From positions 18,711 to 82,710 of the forward strand of contig JALOQK010000003.1 in NCBI GenBank assembly GCA_025453395.1: a stretch of DNA of 64,000 nucleotides, read 5' to 3'. This DNA is from Candidatus Omnitrophota bacterium. Lineage in GTDB: Bacteria > Omnitrophota > Gorgyraeia > Gygaellales > Profunditerraquicolaceae. A model generated the notes under the pieces. That model made no database searches. It was not told the origin of the DNA and saw only the letters and a list, made by a program, of their open reading frames with translations. The translations under genes and the position numbers were made by a program. Below are positions 34,608-48,123 of this stretch, piece by piece (the first letter of the stretch is position 1; every line of letters starts with the position of its first letter).

Positions 34608-35699
34608 ATGAAGTTTAAAACCGAAAAAAATACTTTACTTGCGGCCATACAAACTGTGCAGAATGTGATAACCCCTAAATCGGCTTTACCTATATTAGCG
34701 AATATCCTAATAGAAACACAAAACAATGATTTAAAATTAACTGCCACGGATTTGGATATAGGGATAACCTGTGTAATACCTGTGGAGGTTGTTGAACAAG
34801 GGGCAATAACTATCCCAGCTAAACGCTTTAATGATATTGTCAGGGAACTGCCCGCGGATACGGTTGTTCTAAATAGCAAAAAAAATAACACGGTTGCGAT
34901 AGAGGCGCCTAGCTGCCAGTTTAAAATTATGGGTTTAGGTAAAGAGGAATTCCCCCGGCTGCCGGAATTTAAAGATAAAGAGGCTCTTAAGCTAGAGCAA
35001 GGGGTTTTGAAAGAAATGCTGCGCCTGACTTCTTTTGCGGTGTCTTTTGATGAGGCGCGATATATTTTAAATGGAATATTATTTAAAATCTCAAAAAACA
35101 CGCTTACTTTAGTGGCTACCGACGGGAAAAGACTGGCGGTGGTTGAGCGCAAACTAAAGCAAGAGGTAGAAAAAACCATGAACATGATAGTGCCCAGTAA
35201 AACCATACAGGAATTAAATCGCAACCTGCAAGAAGGCGGAGAGCTGACCGTTACACTGGGGAATAACCAGGTTTTGTTTGATTTGGGAGAAAAAGCGATC
35301 ATTTCCCGGCTTATTGAGGGGGAGTTCCCTGATTACCGGCAGGTTATCCCGCAGACTGCGGAAACAAAAATCACCTTAGACCGGGAACAATTTTTGCTGG
35401 CAGTAAAAAGAGCGGCGCTTTTAGCCACCCCGGATTACCAGGCGGTAAAATTCGAAGTTTTTAAAGATAAGATGGTTATTTCAAAATCAACACCGGATAT
35501 AGGGGAATCGCGCGAAGAAATCCACGCCTCTTATAAAGGCAAGGAGCTGGCGGTTGGTTTTAACCCCAGCTATATAATGGATGTGTTAAAAAATTTATCC
35601 GCCCAAAGCGTGGATTTTGAATTAACTGACAGCGAGAAGCCCGGGGTGTTCCGTTTGGAAGGGTATTCCTATATTGTGTTGCCGATGCGGTTGGGTTAG
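34608..35699 (+). CDS. dnaN: DNA polymerase III beta subunit (sliding clamp)
   Basis: 363 aa with a three-domain beta clamp, beginning MKFKTEKNTLLAAIQTVQNVI. Confidence 0.9.
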   Translation: MKFKTEKNTLLAAIQTVQNVITPKSALPILANILIETQNNDLKLTATDLDIGITCVIPVEVVEQGAITIPAKRFNDIVRELPADTVVLNSKKNNTVAIEAPSCQFKIMGLGKEEFPRLPEFKDKEALKLEQGVLKEMLRLTSFAVSFDEARYILNGILFKISKNTLTLVATDGKRLAVVERKLKQEVEKTMNMIVPSKTIQELNRNLQEGGELTVTLGNNQVLFDLGEKAIISRLIEGEFPDYRQVIPQTAETKITLDREQFLLAVKRAALLATPDYQAVKFEVFKDKMVISKSTPDIGESREEIHASYKGKELAVGFNPSYIMDVLKNLSAQSVDFELTDSEKPGVFRLEGYSYIVLPMRLG

Positions 35700-38404
<2,705 letters not shown>

Positions 38405-38447
38405 CATGTTAAACATTAAATAAGCTTAAAGCTTAGGATTATAAATT

Positions 38448-40883
38448 ATGTATACGCGCAATGAAAAAATAGTTCCGGTTTATATTGAAGAAGAAGTAAA
38501 AGATGCGTATTTGAATTACGCCATGAGCGTTATTGTCGGCCGCGCCCTTCCGGATGCCCGCGACGGCCTGAAGCCAGCGCATCGCAGGATTTTATACGCG
38601 ATGCAGGAATTAAATTTAGAGCATTCAAAGCCATACAAAAAATGCGCGCGTATCGTCGGTGAGGTTTTAGGTAAATATCATCCCCACGGGGATGTAGCGG
38701 TTTATGACACCTTAGTGCGCATGGCGCAGGATTTTTCTTTGCGCTATCCGCTAGTGGAAGGCCAGGGGAACTTTGGTTCGGTTGACGGCGATACTGCCGC
38801 GGCCATGCGTTATACCGAAGCGCGGCTTTCCGCTATTTCCGAAGAGATGCTGGCGGATATAGATAAGGACACCGTTGTCTTTGGGCCAAACTTTGACGCC
38901 TCCTTAAAAGAGCCTTTGCTTTTGCCGGCGGTGTTGCCCAATCTTTTAGTCAATGGTTCAAGCGGCATTGCTGTCGGCATGGCCACTAATATTCCCCCGC
39001 ATAATTTATCCGAGGTGGCCGAAGCTATTATATACGCCTTGGATAATCCTCAGGCGCAGATCAAAGAGCTTTTGAAATATATCAAGGGGCCGGATTTTCC
39101 CACCGGAGGAATTATTTGCGGCAAGGCCGGGATCAAGGATGCCTATAATACCGGCAGAGGCAAGCTTACCGTGCGCGCCAGGGCCAGCGTGGAGCACCAG
39201 AAAAACGGCAAAGACCTGATTGTAATTACCGAGATCCCCTATCAGGTGCAAAAAGCCGCGCTTATTGAAGCGATCGCGAATTTAGTGGAAGAAAAAAAGA
39301 TCGAAGGCATTTCGGATATTCGCGACGAATCGGACAAAGACGGGATGCGCATTGTTGTGGACTTAAAGCGCGATACAGAGTCACAGATCGTTTTAAATCA
39401 GCTTTTTAAGCATACCCAGCTGGAAGTGACATTCGGAATTATTATGTTAGCTCTGGTGAATAACCGGCCCAGAGTATTGAACTTAAGGCAAGTCATAGAC
39501 GTATACATCGAACACCGCAAGGTAGTTATAAAAAGGCGTACTCAATTTGAACTAGACAAGGCGCTGAAAAGAGCGCATATTTTAGAAGGGCTAAAAATAG
39601 CCCTTGATCATATTGACCAGATCATCCGCGTGATAAAATCTTCCAAGAGCACTGAGCAGGCGCGGGAAAAATTAATGAAGGAATTCGGGCTTTCTGAAAT
39701 TCAGGCCCAGGCGATTCTGGAAATGCAGCTGCAGCGTTTGACTGCGCTGGAGCGCGATAAAATAGACGCCGAATACGCGCAGCTGTTAAAAACGATAGAA
39801 TCGTGCCGCGCGATTTTGGCGTCGGAGAAAAAGGTTGAAGCGATCATTAAAGACGAGCTGGCGGCCTTAAAAGAAAAATACGGCGATACCCGGCGCACCG
39901 ATATAGTCGGGGAAGTGGAAGAGCTGCAGATAGAGGATTTGATCGCGGAAGAAGATGTGGTTGTGACTATAAGCCACGGCGGGTACATCAAGAGGCTGCC
40001 GGTAAGCGCCTACCGCAAGCAAAAGCGCGGCGGCAAAGGCGTCACCGGAGCAGAGGTCAAAGACGAAGATTTTATTGAGCACCTGTTTGTGGCTTCCACC
40101 AAGGATTACCTTTTGATTTTTTCCGATAAGGGCCAGGTGTATTGGCTGAAGGTTTATGAAATCCCCCAGGCCAGCCGCGTTTCTAAGGGTAAGGCCCTGG
40201 TGAATTTGGTGCAAATGGAGCAGGGATCCAGAGTAAGCTCTACAATTCCGGTAAAAGAATTTTCCGCGGATAAATTTTTAGTGATGGTTACCAAAAACGG
40301 CCAGATAAAAAAGACCAACCTTGATGCCTATAGCAATCCGCGCAAGGGCGGGATTATGGGTATGACCCTAGATAAAGATGACCAGCTGATCGGCGTGGAA
40401 ATGACCGACGGCAAGCAAGAGCTTTTGATCGGGACAAGCGCCGGCAAAGCTATCCGCTTCTCCGAATCATTGGTCAGAGACATGGGGCGGACTGCGCAAG
40501 GCGTACGCGCGATCACCCTGGATAAAAAAGATGAAGTCATTGATATGATCTTGGCCCAGAAAGAAACCACAGTTTTAACTGTCACGGAATTAGGTTTTGC
40601 CAAACGCACCCCTATCGATGAATACCGCGTGACTAATCGCGGGGGTAAAGGTATAATTAATATTAAAGTTACTGATAAAAATGGTTCTGCGGTCAGGGTT
40701 AAGTCAGTAAGCGACAATGATGAGTTGATGGCAATTACTCAAAACGGAATTTTCCTGCGCTGCGCCATAAAAGACATCCGCACCACCGGCAGATCCGCTC
40801 AAGGCGTGCGTTTGATTAAGCTGCAGGACAAAGACCGCGTTTCTTGTATTGCTCCCGTCATCGCTGAAGAAGAGGAAGAATAA
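38448..40883 (+). CDS. gyrA: DNA gyrase subunit A
   Basis: 811 aa with the active-site Tyr region ([10 protein letters not shown]) and a C-terminal beta-pinwheel repeat domain. Confidence 0.95.
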   Translation: MYTRNEKIVPVYIEEEVKDAYLNYAMSVIVGRALPDARDGLKPAHRRILYAMQELNLEHSKPYKKCARIVGEVLGKYHPHGDVAVYDTLVRMAQDFSLRYPLVEGQGNFGSVDGDTAAAMRYTEARLSAISEEMLADIDKDTVVFGPNFDASLKEPLLLPAVLPNLLVNGSSGIAVGMATNIPPHNLSEVAEAIIYALDNPQAQIKELLKYIKGPDFPTGGIICGKAGIKDAYNTGRGKLTVRARASVEHQKNGKDLIVITEIPYQVQKAALIEAIANLVEEKKIEGISDIRDESDKDGMRIVVDLKRDTESQIVLNQLFKHTQLEVTFGIIMLALVNNRPRVLNLRQVIDVYIEHRKVVIKRRTQFELDKALKRAHILEGLKIALDHIDQIIRVIKSSKSTEQAREKLMKEFGLSEIQAQAILEMQLQRLTALERDKIDAEYAQLLKTIESCRAILASEKKVEAIIKDELAALKEKYGDTRRTDIVGEVEELQIEDLIAEEDVVVTISHGGYIKRLPVSAYRKQKRGGKGVTGAEVKDEDFIEHLFVASTKDYLLIFSDKGQVYWLKVYEIPQASRVSKGKALVNLVQMEQGSRVSSTIPVKEFSADKFLVMVTKNGQIKKTNLDAYSNPRKGGIMGMTLDKDDQLIGVEMTDGKQELLIGTSAGKAIRFSESLVRDMGRTAQGVRAITLDKKDEVIDMILAQKETTVLTVTELGFAKRTPIDEYRVTNRGGKGIINIKVTDKNGSAVRVKSVSDNDELMAITQNGIFLRCAIKDIRTTGRSAQGVRLIKLQDKDRVSCIAPVIAEEEEE

Positions 40884-40889
40884 AATCCT

Positions 40890-40964
40890 GTCCCCATCGT
40901 CTAGCCTGGCCTAGGACAAGAGCTTTTCAAGCTCTCGACACCGGTTCAAATCCGGTTGGGGACA
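40890..40964 (+). tRNA. tRNA-Glu (anticodon TTC), no encoded CCA
   Basis: GTCCCCATCGTCTAGCCTGGCCTAGGACAAGAGCTTTTCAAGCTCTCGACACCGGTTCAAATCCGGTTGGGGACA. The anticodon loop TTTTCAA gives TTC. Confidence 0.8.
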
Positions 40965-41020
40965 CTTTAAATTAAAAAATACAAAGTCGCGGGTCACAAG
41001 GTATTAATAAGAAACGCGGC

Positions 41021-41112
41021 AATAATCAATGACCAAGTTCCCATAACCAAATAATAACCAAGCATCAATTATCAAGAACCAAATTTGTTTAGGTAATTGG
41101 TCATTGATTATT
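41021..41112 (+). promoter_or_regulatory. glmS 5' leader: 16 bp perfect inverted repeat flanking a 60-nt spacer
   Basis: aataatcaatgaccaa (41021-41036) and ttggtcattgattatt (41097-41112). Direct repeats tgatgtttgg lie downstream, and aataaccaa/ttggttatt offers an alternative pairing. No glmS ribozyme core motifs were seen. Confidence 0.4.
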
Positions 41113-41166
41113 AGAATTTATTTGATGTTTGGAATTTGATGTTTGGTTATTGAATGTGAGGCGCAT

Positions 41167-43008
41167 ATGTGCGGTATTGTTGGATATGTCGGAGACAGAG
41201 ACGCCCAGACTGTTATTCTATCCGGCCTGAAGCATCTGGAATACCGCGGCTATGATTCTTGCGGCTTGAGCGTTTTTTTAGACCGCAAAAAAGAACTTTC
41301 TACCCGCAAGCTGCCCGGTAAAATTAAAGATTTAGAGAATCTTTTATCTTCCAAGCCCGTGCAAGGGAAAACCGGTATTGGCCATTGCCGTTGGGCCACC
41401 CACGGAGCGCCGAATCAAGTTAACGCCCATCCGCATTTTAGCTGCGACAATCAAATAAGCCTGGTGCATAACGGCATTATTGAAAATTACGCTAAGCTCA
41501 AAGAAGATCTTATTCGCGAACACCACGTTTTTTTAAGCCAGACCGATACAGAAGTTGCCGTGCATCTTATAGAAAAATATTACACTCAAGGAGTTTTATT
41601 GGAGGATGCGGTCAAGCAGGCGGTAGGGCATTTGGAAGGCAGCTTCGCCTTGGTAGTAATTTCTAAGCGTGAGCCGGGCAAGATTGTGGGCGCGCGCCTG
41701 GGAAGCCCGCTTGTGATAGGCGCTGGCAAGGGCGAAATGTTTTTTGCCTCGGATATTTCTGCGCTGTTGGAATATACCAAAGACGTGGCCTTTATGGAGG
41801 ACCAGGAAATAGCGGTGTTGACCCAGGATAATTTTGCGCTGTCTTCTTTTTCCGGAGAGGTTCTGCATCGGCAGGCCACAAAGATCAATTGGGATGTTTC
41901 GCAGGCGCAGAAACAAGGCTGGGATCATTTTATGCTCAAGGAAATAAATGAACAGCCGGCTATTTTAGAAAATATTTTAGCTGCGCGCATTAGCCGCGGT
42001 TCACAGCAGGTTATTTTTGAGGAATTAAAAATAGCCCCTGAAAATCTGCGCAACAAAGACGCAATCATTATTGTTGCCTGCGGCACAGCCTATCATGCCG
42101 GGCTTTGCGGCAAATATATCCTTGAAGAGCTTTGCGGGATACCGGTAACAGTGGACGTTTCAAGCGAGTTTCGTTACCGCAACCCCATTGTGGGGGAAAA
42201 TAATCTGGTTCTTTCTATCAGCCAATCCGGAGAAACCGCGGACACATTAGCGGCTGTGCGCGAAGCCAAAAAGAAAAAAGCCGCCACCCTTACTATTTGT
42301 AATGTTTTGGGCTCAACTTTAGTCAGGGAATCCGACGGGGTTATCTACACCCATGCCGGCCCTGAAATAGGGGTGGCTTCCACCAAGGCTTTTACCGCCC
42401 AGCTTTTAGCTTTATACCTACTGGCGTTTTATTTAAACAGCATCCGTTCCGGGACAATCTCTGATAAAGAGAAGCGCCTGATCAAAGAATTAAAAACTTG
42501 TCCAACGCTGCAAAGAGAGATTTTAAAACAGCAAAAGCTGATTAAGAATATTGCCAGCCGCCATCATAATTTCGGTTCATTTTTATTCTTAGGCCGCACC
42601 GTCAATTACCCCATGGCGCTGGAAGGGGCTTTAAAATTAAAAGAGATTTCTTATATTCCGGCAGAAGGGTACGCTGCCGGAGAAATGAAACACGGACCCA
42701 TTGCCCTTATTGATGAGTATCGCGCGGTAGTTTGCATCGCCCCCGAGGCGCGCACCCATGAGAAAATGATTTCTAACATACAGGAAATCCTCGCCCGCCA
42801 AGGGATATTGATTGCCATCGCAACCGAAGGCGATAAAAAAATGCCGTCTTTGACCAAAGAGATTATTTATGTGCCGCAGGTAAGCGAAATATTTTCTCCC
42901 CTTGTTACCGCTGTGCCTTTGCAGCTTTTGGCCTATCATGTGGCAGTCAGGCGCGGCTGCGACGTGGATCAGCCGCGTAATTTAGCCAAATCAGTAACAG
43001 TAGAATAA
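41167..43008 (+). CDS. glmS: glutamine--fructose-6-phosphate aminotransferase
   Basis: Starts MCGIVGY (the Cys2 nucleophile) with a GAGG RBS 5 nt upstream. The track ORF is an 8-codon extension. It has two SIS domains and the C-terminal ...DQPRNLAKSVTVE. Confidence 0.9.
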   Translation: MCGIVGYVGDRDAQTVILSGLKHLEYRGYDSCGLSVFLDRKKELSTRKLPGKIKDLENLLSSKPVQGKTGIGHCRWATHGAPNQVNAHPHFSCDNQISLVHNGIIENYAKLKEDLIREHHVFLSQTDTEVAVHLIEKYYTQGVLLEDAVKQAVGHLEGSFALVVISKREPGKIVGARLGSPLVIGAGKGEMFFASDISALLEYTKDVAFMEDQEIAVLTQDNFALSSFSGEVLHRQATKINWDVSQAQKQGWDHFMLKEINEQPAILENILAARISRGSQQVIFEELKIAPENLRNKDAIIIVACGTAYHAGLCGKYILEELCGIPVTVDVSSEFRYRNPIVGENNLVLSISQSGETADTLAAVREAKKKKAATLTICNVLGSTLVRESDGVIYTHAGPEIGVASTKAFTAQLLALYLLAFYLNSIRSGTISDKEKRLIKELKTCPTLQREILKQQKLIKNIASRHHNFGSFLFLGRTVNYPMALEGALKLKEISYIPAEGYAAGEMKHGPIALIDEYRAVVCIAPEARTHEKMISNIQEILARQGILIAIATEGDKKMPSLTKEIIYVPQVSEIFSPLVTAVPLQLLAYHVAVRRGCDVDQPRNLAKSVTVE

Positions 43009-43661
43009 TGTTATATATTGTCGCTACTCCCATCGGTAACCTCAAAGACATAAGTTTGCGCGCCATAGAGGTCTTGAAATCTGTGGACCTGGTTGCCTGC
43101 GAAGATACGCGGCACAGCCAGATTCTTTTAAAGCAATACGGTATTTCTGTCCCCACCACTAGTTTCTTTCAGCATAATCGTATCACTAAAGCAGAATATC
43201 TTATTGGCCTGTTAAAAGAGGGTAAGTCTATCGCCTTGATCTCTGATGCCGGCACCCCCGGGATCCTCGACCCAGGGCATAATATTATTAATCTTGCCGT
43301 AGAAAATAATATCCCGCTTACTTTTATTCCCGGAGCCAATGCCATGATCCATGCCTTGGTTGTTTCGGGAAAGCCGGCAAACAAATTCTTTTTTGACGGC
43401 TTCCTGCCGAATAAGCCGATTTCGCGCAAGAATCGCCTGCAACAGCTTGCCCTGATGAAAAACACAGTTGTTTTTTATGAATCCTGCCACCGCATTTTAG
43501 CTACGTTAGCTGACCTGCAAGATGTGTTTGAGGATCAGGATATAGTTGTGGCGCGGGAATTGACCAAAAAATTTGAAGAGATCTACCGCGGTAAAGCAGG
43601 CCAGATCGCGGAAAAGCTAAAAAACCAAAAACCGCGGGGCGAATTCGTGGTGGTAATTTAG
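43008..43661 (+). CDS. rsmI: 16S rRNA (cytidine1402-2'-O)-methyltransferase (short form)
   Basis: 217 aa beginning MLYIVATPIGNLKDISLRAIEVLKSVDLVACEDTRHS, a tetrapyrrole-methylase fold. Confidence 0.8.
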   Translation: MLYIVATPIGNLKDISLRAIEVLKSVDLVACEDTRHSQILLKQYGISVPTTSFFQHNRITKAEYLIGLLKEGKSIALISDAGTPGILDPGHNIINLAVENNIPLTFIPGANAMIHALVVSGKPANKFFFDGFLPNKPISRKNRLQQLALMKNTVVFYESCHRILATLADLQDVFEDQDIVVARELTKKFEEIYRGKAGQIAEKLKNQKPRGEFVVVI

Positions 43662-43662
43662 G

Positions 43663-43691
43663 CTTGACTTTGGGCGTCGGCGATGGTATAC
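43663..43691 (+). promoter_or_regulatory. sigma70-like promoter of the pyr operon
   Basis: TTGACT (43663-43668), 17 bp, TATACT (43686-43691). Confidence 0.5.
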
Positions 43692-43771
43692 TTATTTAAA
43701 TCAGATCACCTTTAAACCGGCTCTTGAGAAGCTGGAAAGGGAAATAAAAATGAAAAATATTGTAGCTATAG

Positions 43772-44353
<582 letters not shown>

Positions 44354-44355
44354 CT

Positions 44356-45303
44356 ATGGCTAACTGGAATAAAAAAGATCTCTTAGGTCTGGAGGAACTA
44401 ACAAAAGAAGAGATAGAGCTTATTTTGGATACGGCTAGTTCCTTTAAAGAGGTTTCCACCCGTGATATTAAAAAAGTACCAGCGCTTCGCGGCAAGATGG
44501 TAGTAAATCTGTTTTATGAGCCGTCCACGCGCACGCGCGTGTCTTTTGAAGTGGCCGCAAAAAGGCTTTCTGCGGATGTAATTAACATTGCCACCGAAAC
44601 CTCAAGCGTTAAAAAAGGGGAAACCCTTATTGATACCGGTTTAAATATCCAGGCCCTGAAAGCCGATGTTATTGTTATGCGCCATAATTACTCCGGCTCA
44701 GCCAAGATGTTGGCAGATAGAGTGGGGATAAGCGTAGTTAATGCCGGCGACGGATGGCATGAGCACCCGACTCAAGCCTTGTTGGATATGCTCACATTAA
44801 AAGAAAAACTAGGCCGCCTCGAAGGCCTTAAAGTGGCCATTGTTGGAGACATTGCCCATTCTCGCGTGGCGCGATCTAATATTTGGGGATTAACTAAGTT
44901 AGGCGCCCAAGTTACTGTCTGCGCCCCCCCGATGCTTATTCCGGTGGGAATAGAAAAAATGGGGGTGCGCGTGACAAGCGATATAGATAAAGCCTTGTCA
45001 GGCGCGGATGCGGTAAATGTTTTAAGGATGCAATTCGAACGCGATGACGCCGGGGCTTTTCCTCATCAGCTGGAGTATTTCAAAAAGTTTGGCATCACCA
45101 AAGAGCGCCTTAAGAATGCCAAGAAAGATATTATTGTGATGCATCCGGGCCCGCTTAATCGCGGGGTAGAGATTGAAAGCGAGGTTGCCGACGGGCCCAA
45201 TTCGGTTATTTTAGAGCAGGTCACAAACGGCATTGCCGTAAGAATGGCAGTTTTATTTTTAGTTGCCCAAGCACGCGACAGGCAAAATGAAAACAATAAT
45301 TAA
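44356..45303 (+). CDS. pyrB: aspartate carbamoyltransferase catalytic subunit
   Basis: Starts [15 protein letters not shown], with the STRTR carbamoyl-phosphate motif and HPGP/HPxPLNRG motifs. Confidence 0.9.
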   Translation: MANWNKKDLLGLEELTKEEIELILDTASSFKEVSTRDIKKVPALRGKMVVNLFYEPSTRTRVSFEVAAKRLSADVINIATETSSVKKGETLIDTGLNIQALKADVIVMRHNYSGSAKMLADRVGISVVNAGDGWHEHPTQALLDMLTLKEKLGRLEGLKVAIVGDIAHSRVARSNIWGLTKLGAQVTVCAPPMLIPVGIEKMGVRVTSDIDKALSGADAVNVLRMQFERDDAGAFPHQLEYFKKFGITKERLKNAKKDIIVMHPGPLNRGVEIESEVADGPNSVILEQVTNGIAVRMAVLFLVAQARDRQNENNN

Positions 45304-46570
45304 AAACGCGCGAGTAGTTGACCCAGCGAATAATCTTGACGCCATTGTTGATTTGGCAATAGAAAACGGCAAAATTTCCAAGATCGGCAATGATCTGCGC
45401 GTAAACGGCTCCCAGCTGATAGACGCTAAAGACAAAATAGTTATCCCCGGGATAGTAGATATGCATGTGCATTTACGGGAACCCGGCAGAGAAGACAAAG
45501 AAACTGTTTTTTCCGGCACAAGGGCGGCTGTTAAAGGAGGAGTGACTTCGCTTCTGGCCATGCCCAATACCACTCCCGCGATAGACTCGCCTGAGAACGT
45601 TTCCTTACTGAATTCCATTATTAAAAGAAGCGCGCAGTGCAATGTCTTTATAAGCGGCACCATCACCAAAGAGCGCGCAGGTAAACAAGCAAGCGATGTT
45701 TCAGGATTAAAAAAGGCCGGCGCAATCGCGATTACTGACGACGGTGCTTCGGTAGACGATGACAAGATATTTATGCAGGCTTTGGAAAAAGCTGCCCGGG
45801 AAAATATTTTGGTTATTGCGCATTGCGAAGACAAAGCGCTCTCCAAAGGCGGCGTAGTAAACTTAGGTTTTATCTCTACAAAACTGGGGTTGCGCGGTAT
45901 CCCTAAGGAATCAGAATACAGCCGCGTAGAGCGCGATATTATTTTGGCGCAAAAAGCCAAAGCCGCAATACATATTGCCCATGTCAGCTGTAAAGAGTCA
46001 GTAGATATTATTGCTCAAGCGAAAAATAACGGGATTCAGGTAACCTGTGAAACAGCCCCGCATTATTTTGCTTTATCAGAAGAAGATGTAGCGGGTTATG
46101 ATACTAATATGAAAATGAATCCGCCCTTAAGGGCCAAGGAAGATTTGGCAGCTATACGCGAAGGTTTAAGAAGCGGCATTATTGATGCTATCGCTTCAGA
46201 CCACGCCCCGCATACGGAAAACGAAAAGGATATTGAATTTGAGCGCGCGGAATTCGGAAAAATAGGCTTAGAATCAGGGTTAGTCGTATGCATTCAGCAG
46301 CTAATTGGCAAAGGGATATTGGATTGGAAGGCATTGGTGGAAAAGATCGCCTTGAATCCGGCAAGAATTTTAGGAATTAATAAGGGCACTTTAGGCATTG
46401 GCCGAGACGCGGATCTGGTTATTATTGACCCGAAAAAAGAAATGATTCTAGCCAAAGAGGGGATTTTATCCAAGTCCAAAAATTCCCCGTTTATTGGCAG
46501 GAAATTTATAGGCTCGGTAGAGCGCACCATTCTTGCAGGCCAGATAGTCTATGAGGGGGCAAATAAATAA
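45287..46570 (+). CDS. pyrC: dihydroorotase
   Basis: Starts [13 protein letters not shown], with the metal-binding motif [10 protein letters not shown]... Confidence 0.85.
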   Translation: MKTIIKNARVVDPANNLDAIVDLAIENGKISKIGNDLRVNGSQLIDAKDKIVIPGIVDMHVHLREPGREDKETVFSGTRAAVKGGVTSLLAMPNTTPAIDSPENVSLLNSIIKRSAQCNVFISGTITKERAGKQASDVSGLKKAGAIAITDDGASVDDDKIFMQALEKAARENILVIAHCEDKALSKGGVVNLGFISTKLGLRGIPKESEYSRVERDIILAQKAKAAIHIAHVSCKESVDIIAQAKNNGIQVTCETAPHYFALSEEDVAGYDTNMKMNPPLRAKEDLAAIREGLRSGIIDAIASDHAPHTENEKDIEFERAEFGKIGLESGLVVCIQQLIGKGILDWKALVEKIALNPARILGINKGTLGIGRDADLVIIDPKKEMILAKEGILSKSKNSPFIGRKFIGSVERTILAGQIVYEGANK

Positions 46571-47802
46571 TGGAGTTTATCGCCGATCTGCATATCCACT
46601 CTAAATATTCCCGCGCCACAAGCCGTGATATGGATATAGAGCATATTGCCGCTTGGGCAAAATTAAAAGGGATCAATTTAATGGCCACAGGGGATTTTAC
46701 GCACCACCTGTGGTTTGAAGAACTGCGCCGCGTGTTGCAGGATACGGGAAATGGCTTATTTGAATATGATGGGGTTAATTTTATGCTATCAGCTGAAATA
46801 AGCAGCATCTATTCCAAAAAAGGAAAAGGCTACCGTATCCACAACCTTGTTTTTGCCCCCTCGCTAAAGACAGTAGAAAGAATTAATGCTACCCTTGCGC
46901 GTTACGGTAATCTTGCTTCCGACGGCAGGCCTATATTGGGTATGGATGCCGCGGATTTGGCGCGGATTATTTTTGATATTGATGAAAATTGCATGGTTGT
47001 CCCGGCGCATGCATGGACTCCGTGGTTTAGTTTGTTTGGCTCCATGTCTGGATTTGACCGCATTGAAGATTGTTTTGAAGACCAGACCAAAAATATTTTT
47101 GCCATAGAGACCGGGCTTTCCAGTGACCCGGCGATGAACTGGAGACTTTCGGCTTTAGACAAATATACGCTTATCAGTAATTCTGATAGTCATTCGCCGG
47201 CAAAGATAGGCCGGGAGGCGAATGTTTTTAATTGTGACTTGGATTATATGTCTATACGCAATGCTCTTAAAACCAAGGATCGTAAAAAATTTCTTTACAC
47301 CGTTGAATTTTTCCCGGAAGAAGGCAAGTATCATTATGACGGGCATCGTCTGTGCGGGGTAAGTTTCTCTCCCGAAGAAACCCGGGCCAATAAGGGGATT
47401 TGCCCTAAATGTAAAAAACCGGTTACCGTGGGGGTAATCAACAGGGTTAATGCTTTGGCAGACCGGCCAGAAGGATATGTCCCAGAAAATAACATTCCTT
47501 TTAAAAATTTAATTCCCTTAGATGAGATTATCGCGGAAGCTAAAGCAGTAGGCAAGGCTTCTGTAGCGGTAGAGCGCGAATACAAAAATATAGTTGGCCG
47601 GGTAGGCACAGAATTTGAGATTTTATTAAAAATGCCTGAAGCGCAGCTTAAGAAAAGCCTGAACGCGCGCGTGGCAGAGGGGGTGTTGAAGGTCAGGCGC
47701 TCGCAGGTGAATATTCAGCCCGGTTATGATGGTGAATATGGAAAGATCAGTATTTTTTCTGAAGACAAAACTCATGGCGAACAACAACTTAGCCTATTTT
47801 AA
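46570..47802 (+). CDS. PHP-domain protein with a C-terminal Cys4 zinc finger, endonuclease Q-like
   Basis: 410 aa with an N-terminal ADLHIHSKYSRATS PHP motif and a C-terminal C...CPKCKK zinc ribbon. This architecture matches the TIGR00375/EndoQ family. Confidence 0.5.
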   Translation: MEFIADLHIHSKYSRATSRDMDIEHIAAWAKLKGINLMATGDFTHHLWFEELRRVLQDTGNGLFEYDGVNFMLSAEISSIYSKKGKGYRIHNLVFAPSLKTVERINATLARYGNLASDGRPILGMDAADLARIIFDIDENCMVVPAHAWTPWFSLFGSMSGFDRIEDCFEDQTKNIFAIETGLSSDPAMNWRLSALDKYTLISNSDSHSPAKIGREANVFNCDLDYMSIRNALKTKDRKKFLYTVEFFPEEGKYHYDGHRLCGVSFSPEETRANKGICPKCKKPVTVGVINRVNALADRPEGYVPENNIPFKNLIPLDEIIAEAKAVGKASVAVEREYKNIVGRVGTEFEILLKMPEAQLKKSLNARVAEGVLKVRRSQVNIQPGYDGEYGKISIFSEDKTHGEQQLSLF

Positions 47803-47847
47803 TCAGCTGTCAGTCATCAGCTTTCAGCTGAATTATATGAAAAATAA

Positions 47848-47905
47848 GCGCCTGTAGCTCAACGGATAGCGTCCGCCACAAAGAATGGCGGGACGCCCAT
47901 GACAG
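47848..47905 (+). pseudogene. tRNA-like remnant duplicating the 5' half of tRNA-Arg
   Basis: gcgcctgtagctcaacggatagcg matches the first 24 nt of the downstream tRNA-Arg (gcgcccgtagcgcaacggatagcg) at 22 of 24. It then diverges into a long hairpin (GCGTCC-GCCA-caaagaa-TGGC-G-GGACGC) with no T-arm or acceptor closure. Confidence 0.4.
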
Positions 47906-47941
47906 GAATAGCTCTAAGTATTTGGAAAGATGTTTATATTT

Positions 47942-48013
47942 GCGCCCGTAGCGCAACGGATAGCGCACTAGCCTCCGGAGCTAGTGGTGGCAGTTCGATT
48001 CTGCCCGGGCGCA
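47942..48013 (+). tRNA. tRNA-Arg (anticodon CCG), no encoded CCA
   Basis: GCGCCCGTAGCGCAACGGATAGCGCACTAGCCTCCGGAGCTAGTGGTGGCAGTTCGATTCTGCCCGGGCGCA. The anticodon loop CTCCGGA gives CCG. Confidence 0.85.
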
Positions 48014-48123
48014 TAGAGAAAAGTGGAGTATAATGCCCATATATTTGGCAGAATTATGGTTTAGGTGGGTTGTATGATATCTTACAAAGGCATAATTAGG
48101 GCTTCAGTGGAATAAACTATAAA

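Noticed and set aside
34589-35302. 237 aa minus-strand ORF
   Set aside because: Antisense shadow of dnaN.
40965-41166. glmS ribozyme upstream of glmS
   Set aside because: The conserved core (AGCGCCAGAACU, GACGAGG-type P2 pseudoknot elements) is not present. Reported instead as an uncharacterised IR-containing leader.
45259-45960. 233 aa minus-strand ORF
   Set aside because: Antisense to pyrC. Ser/Ala/Leu-rich low-complexity translation.
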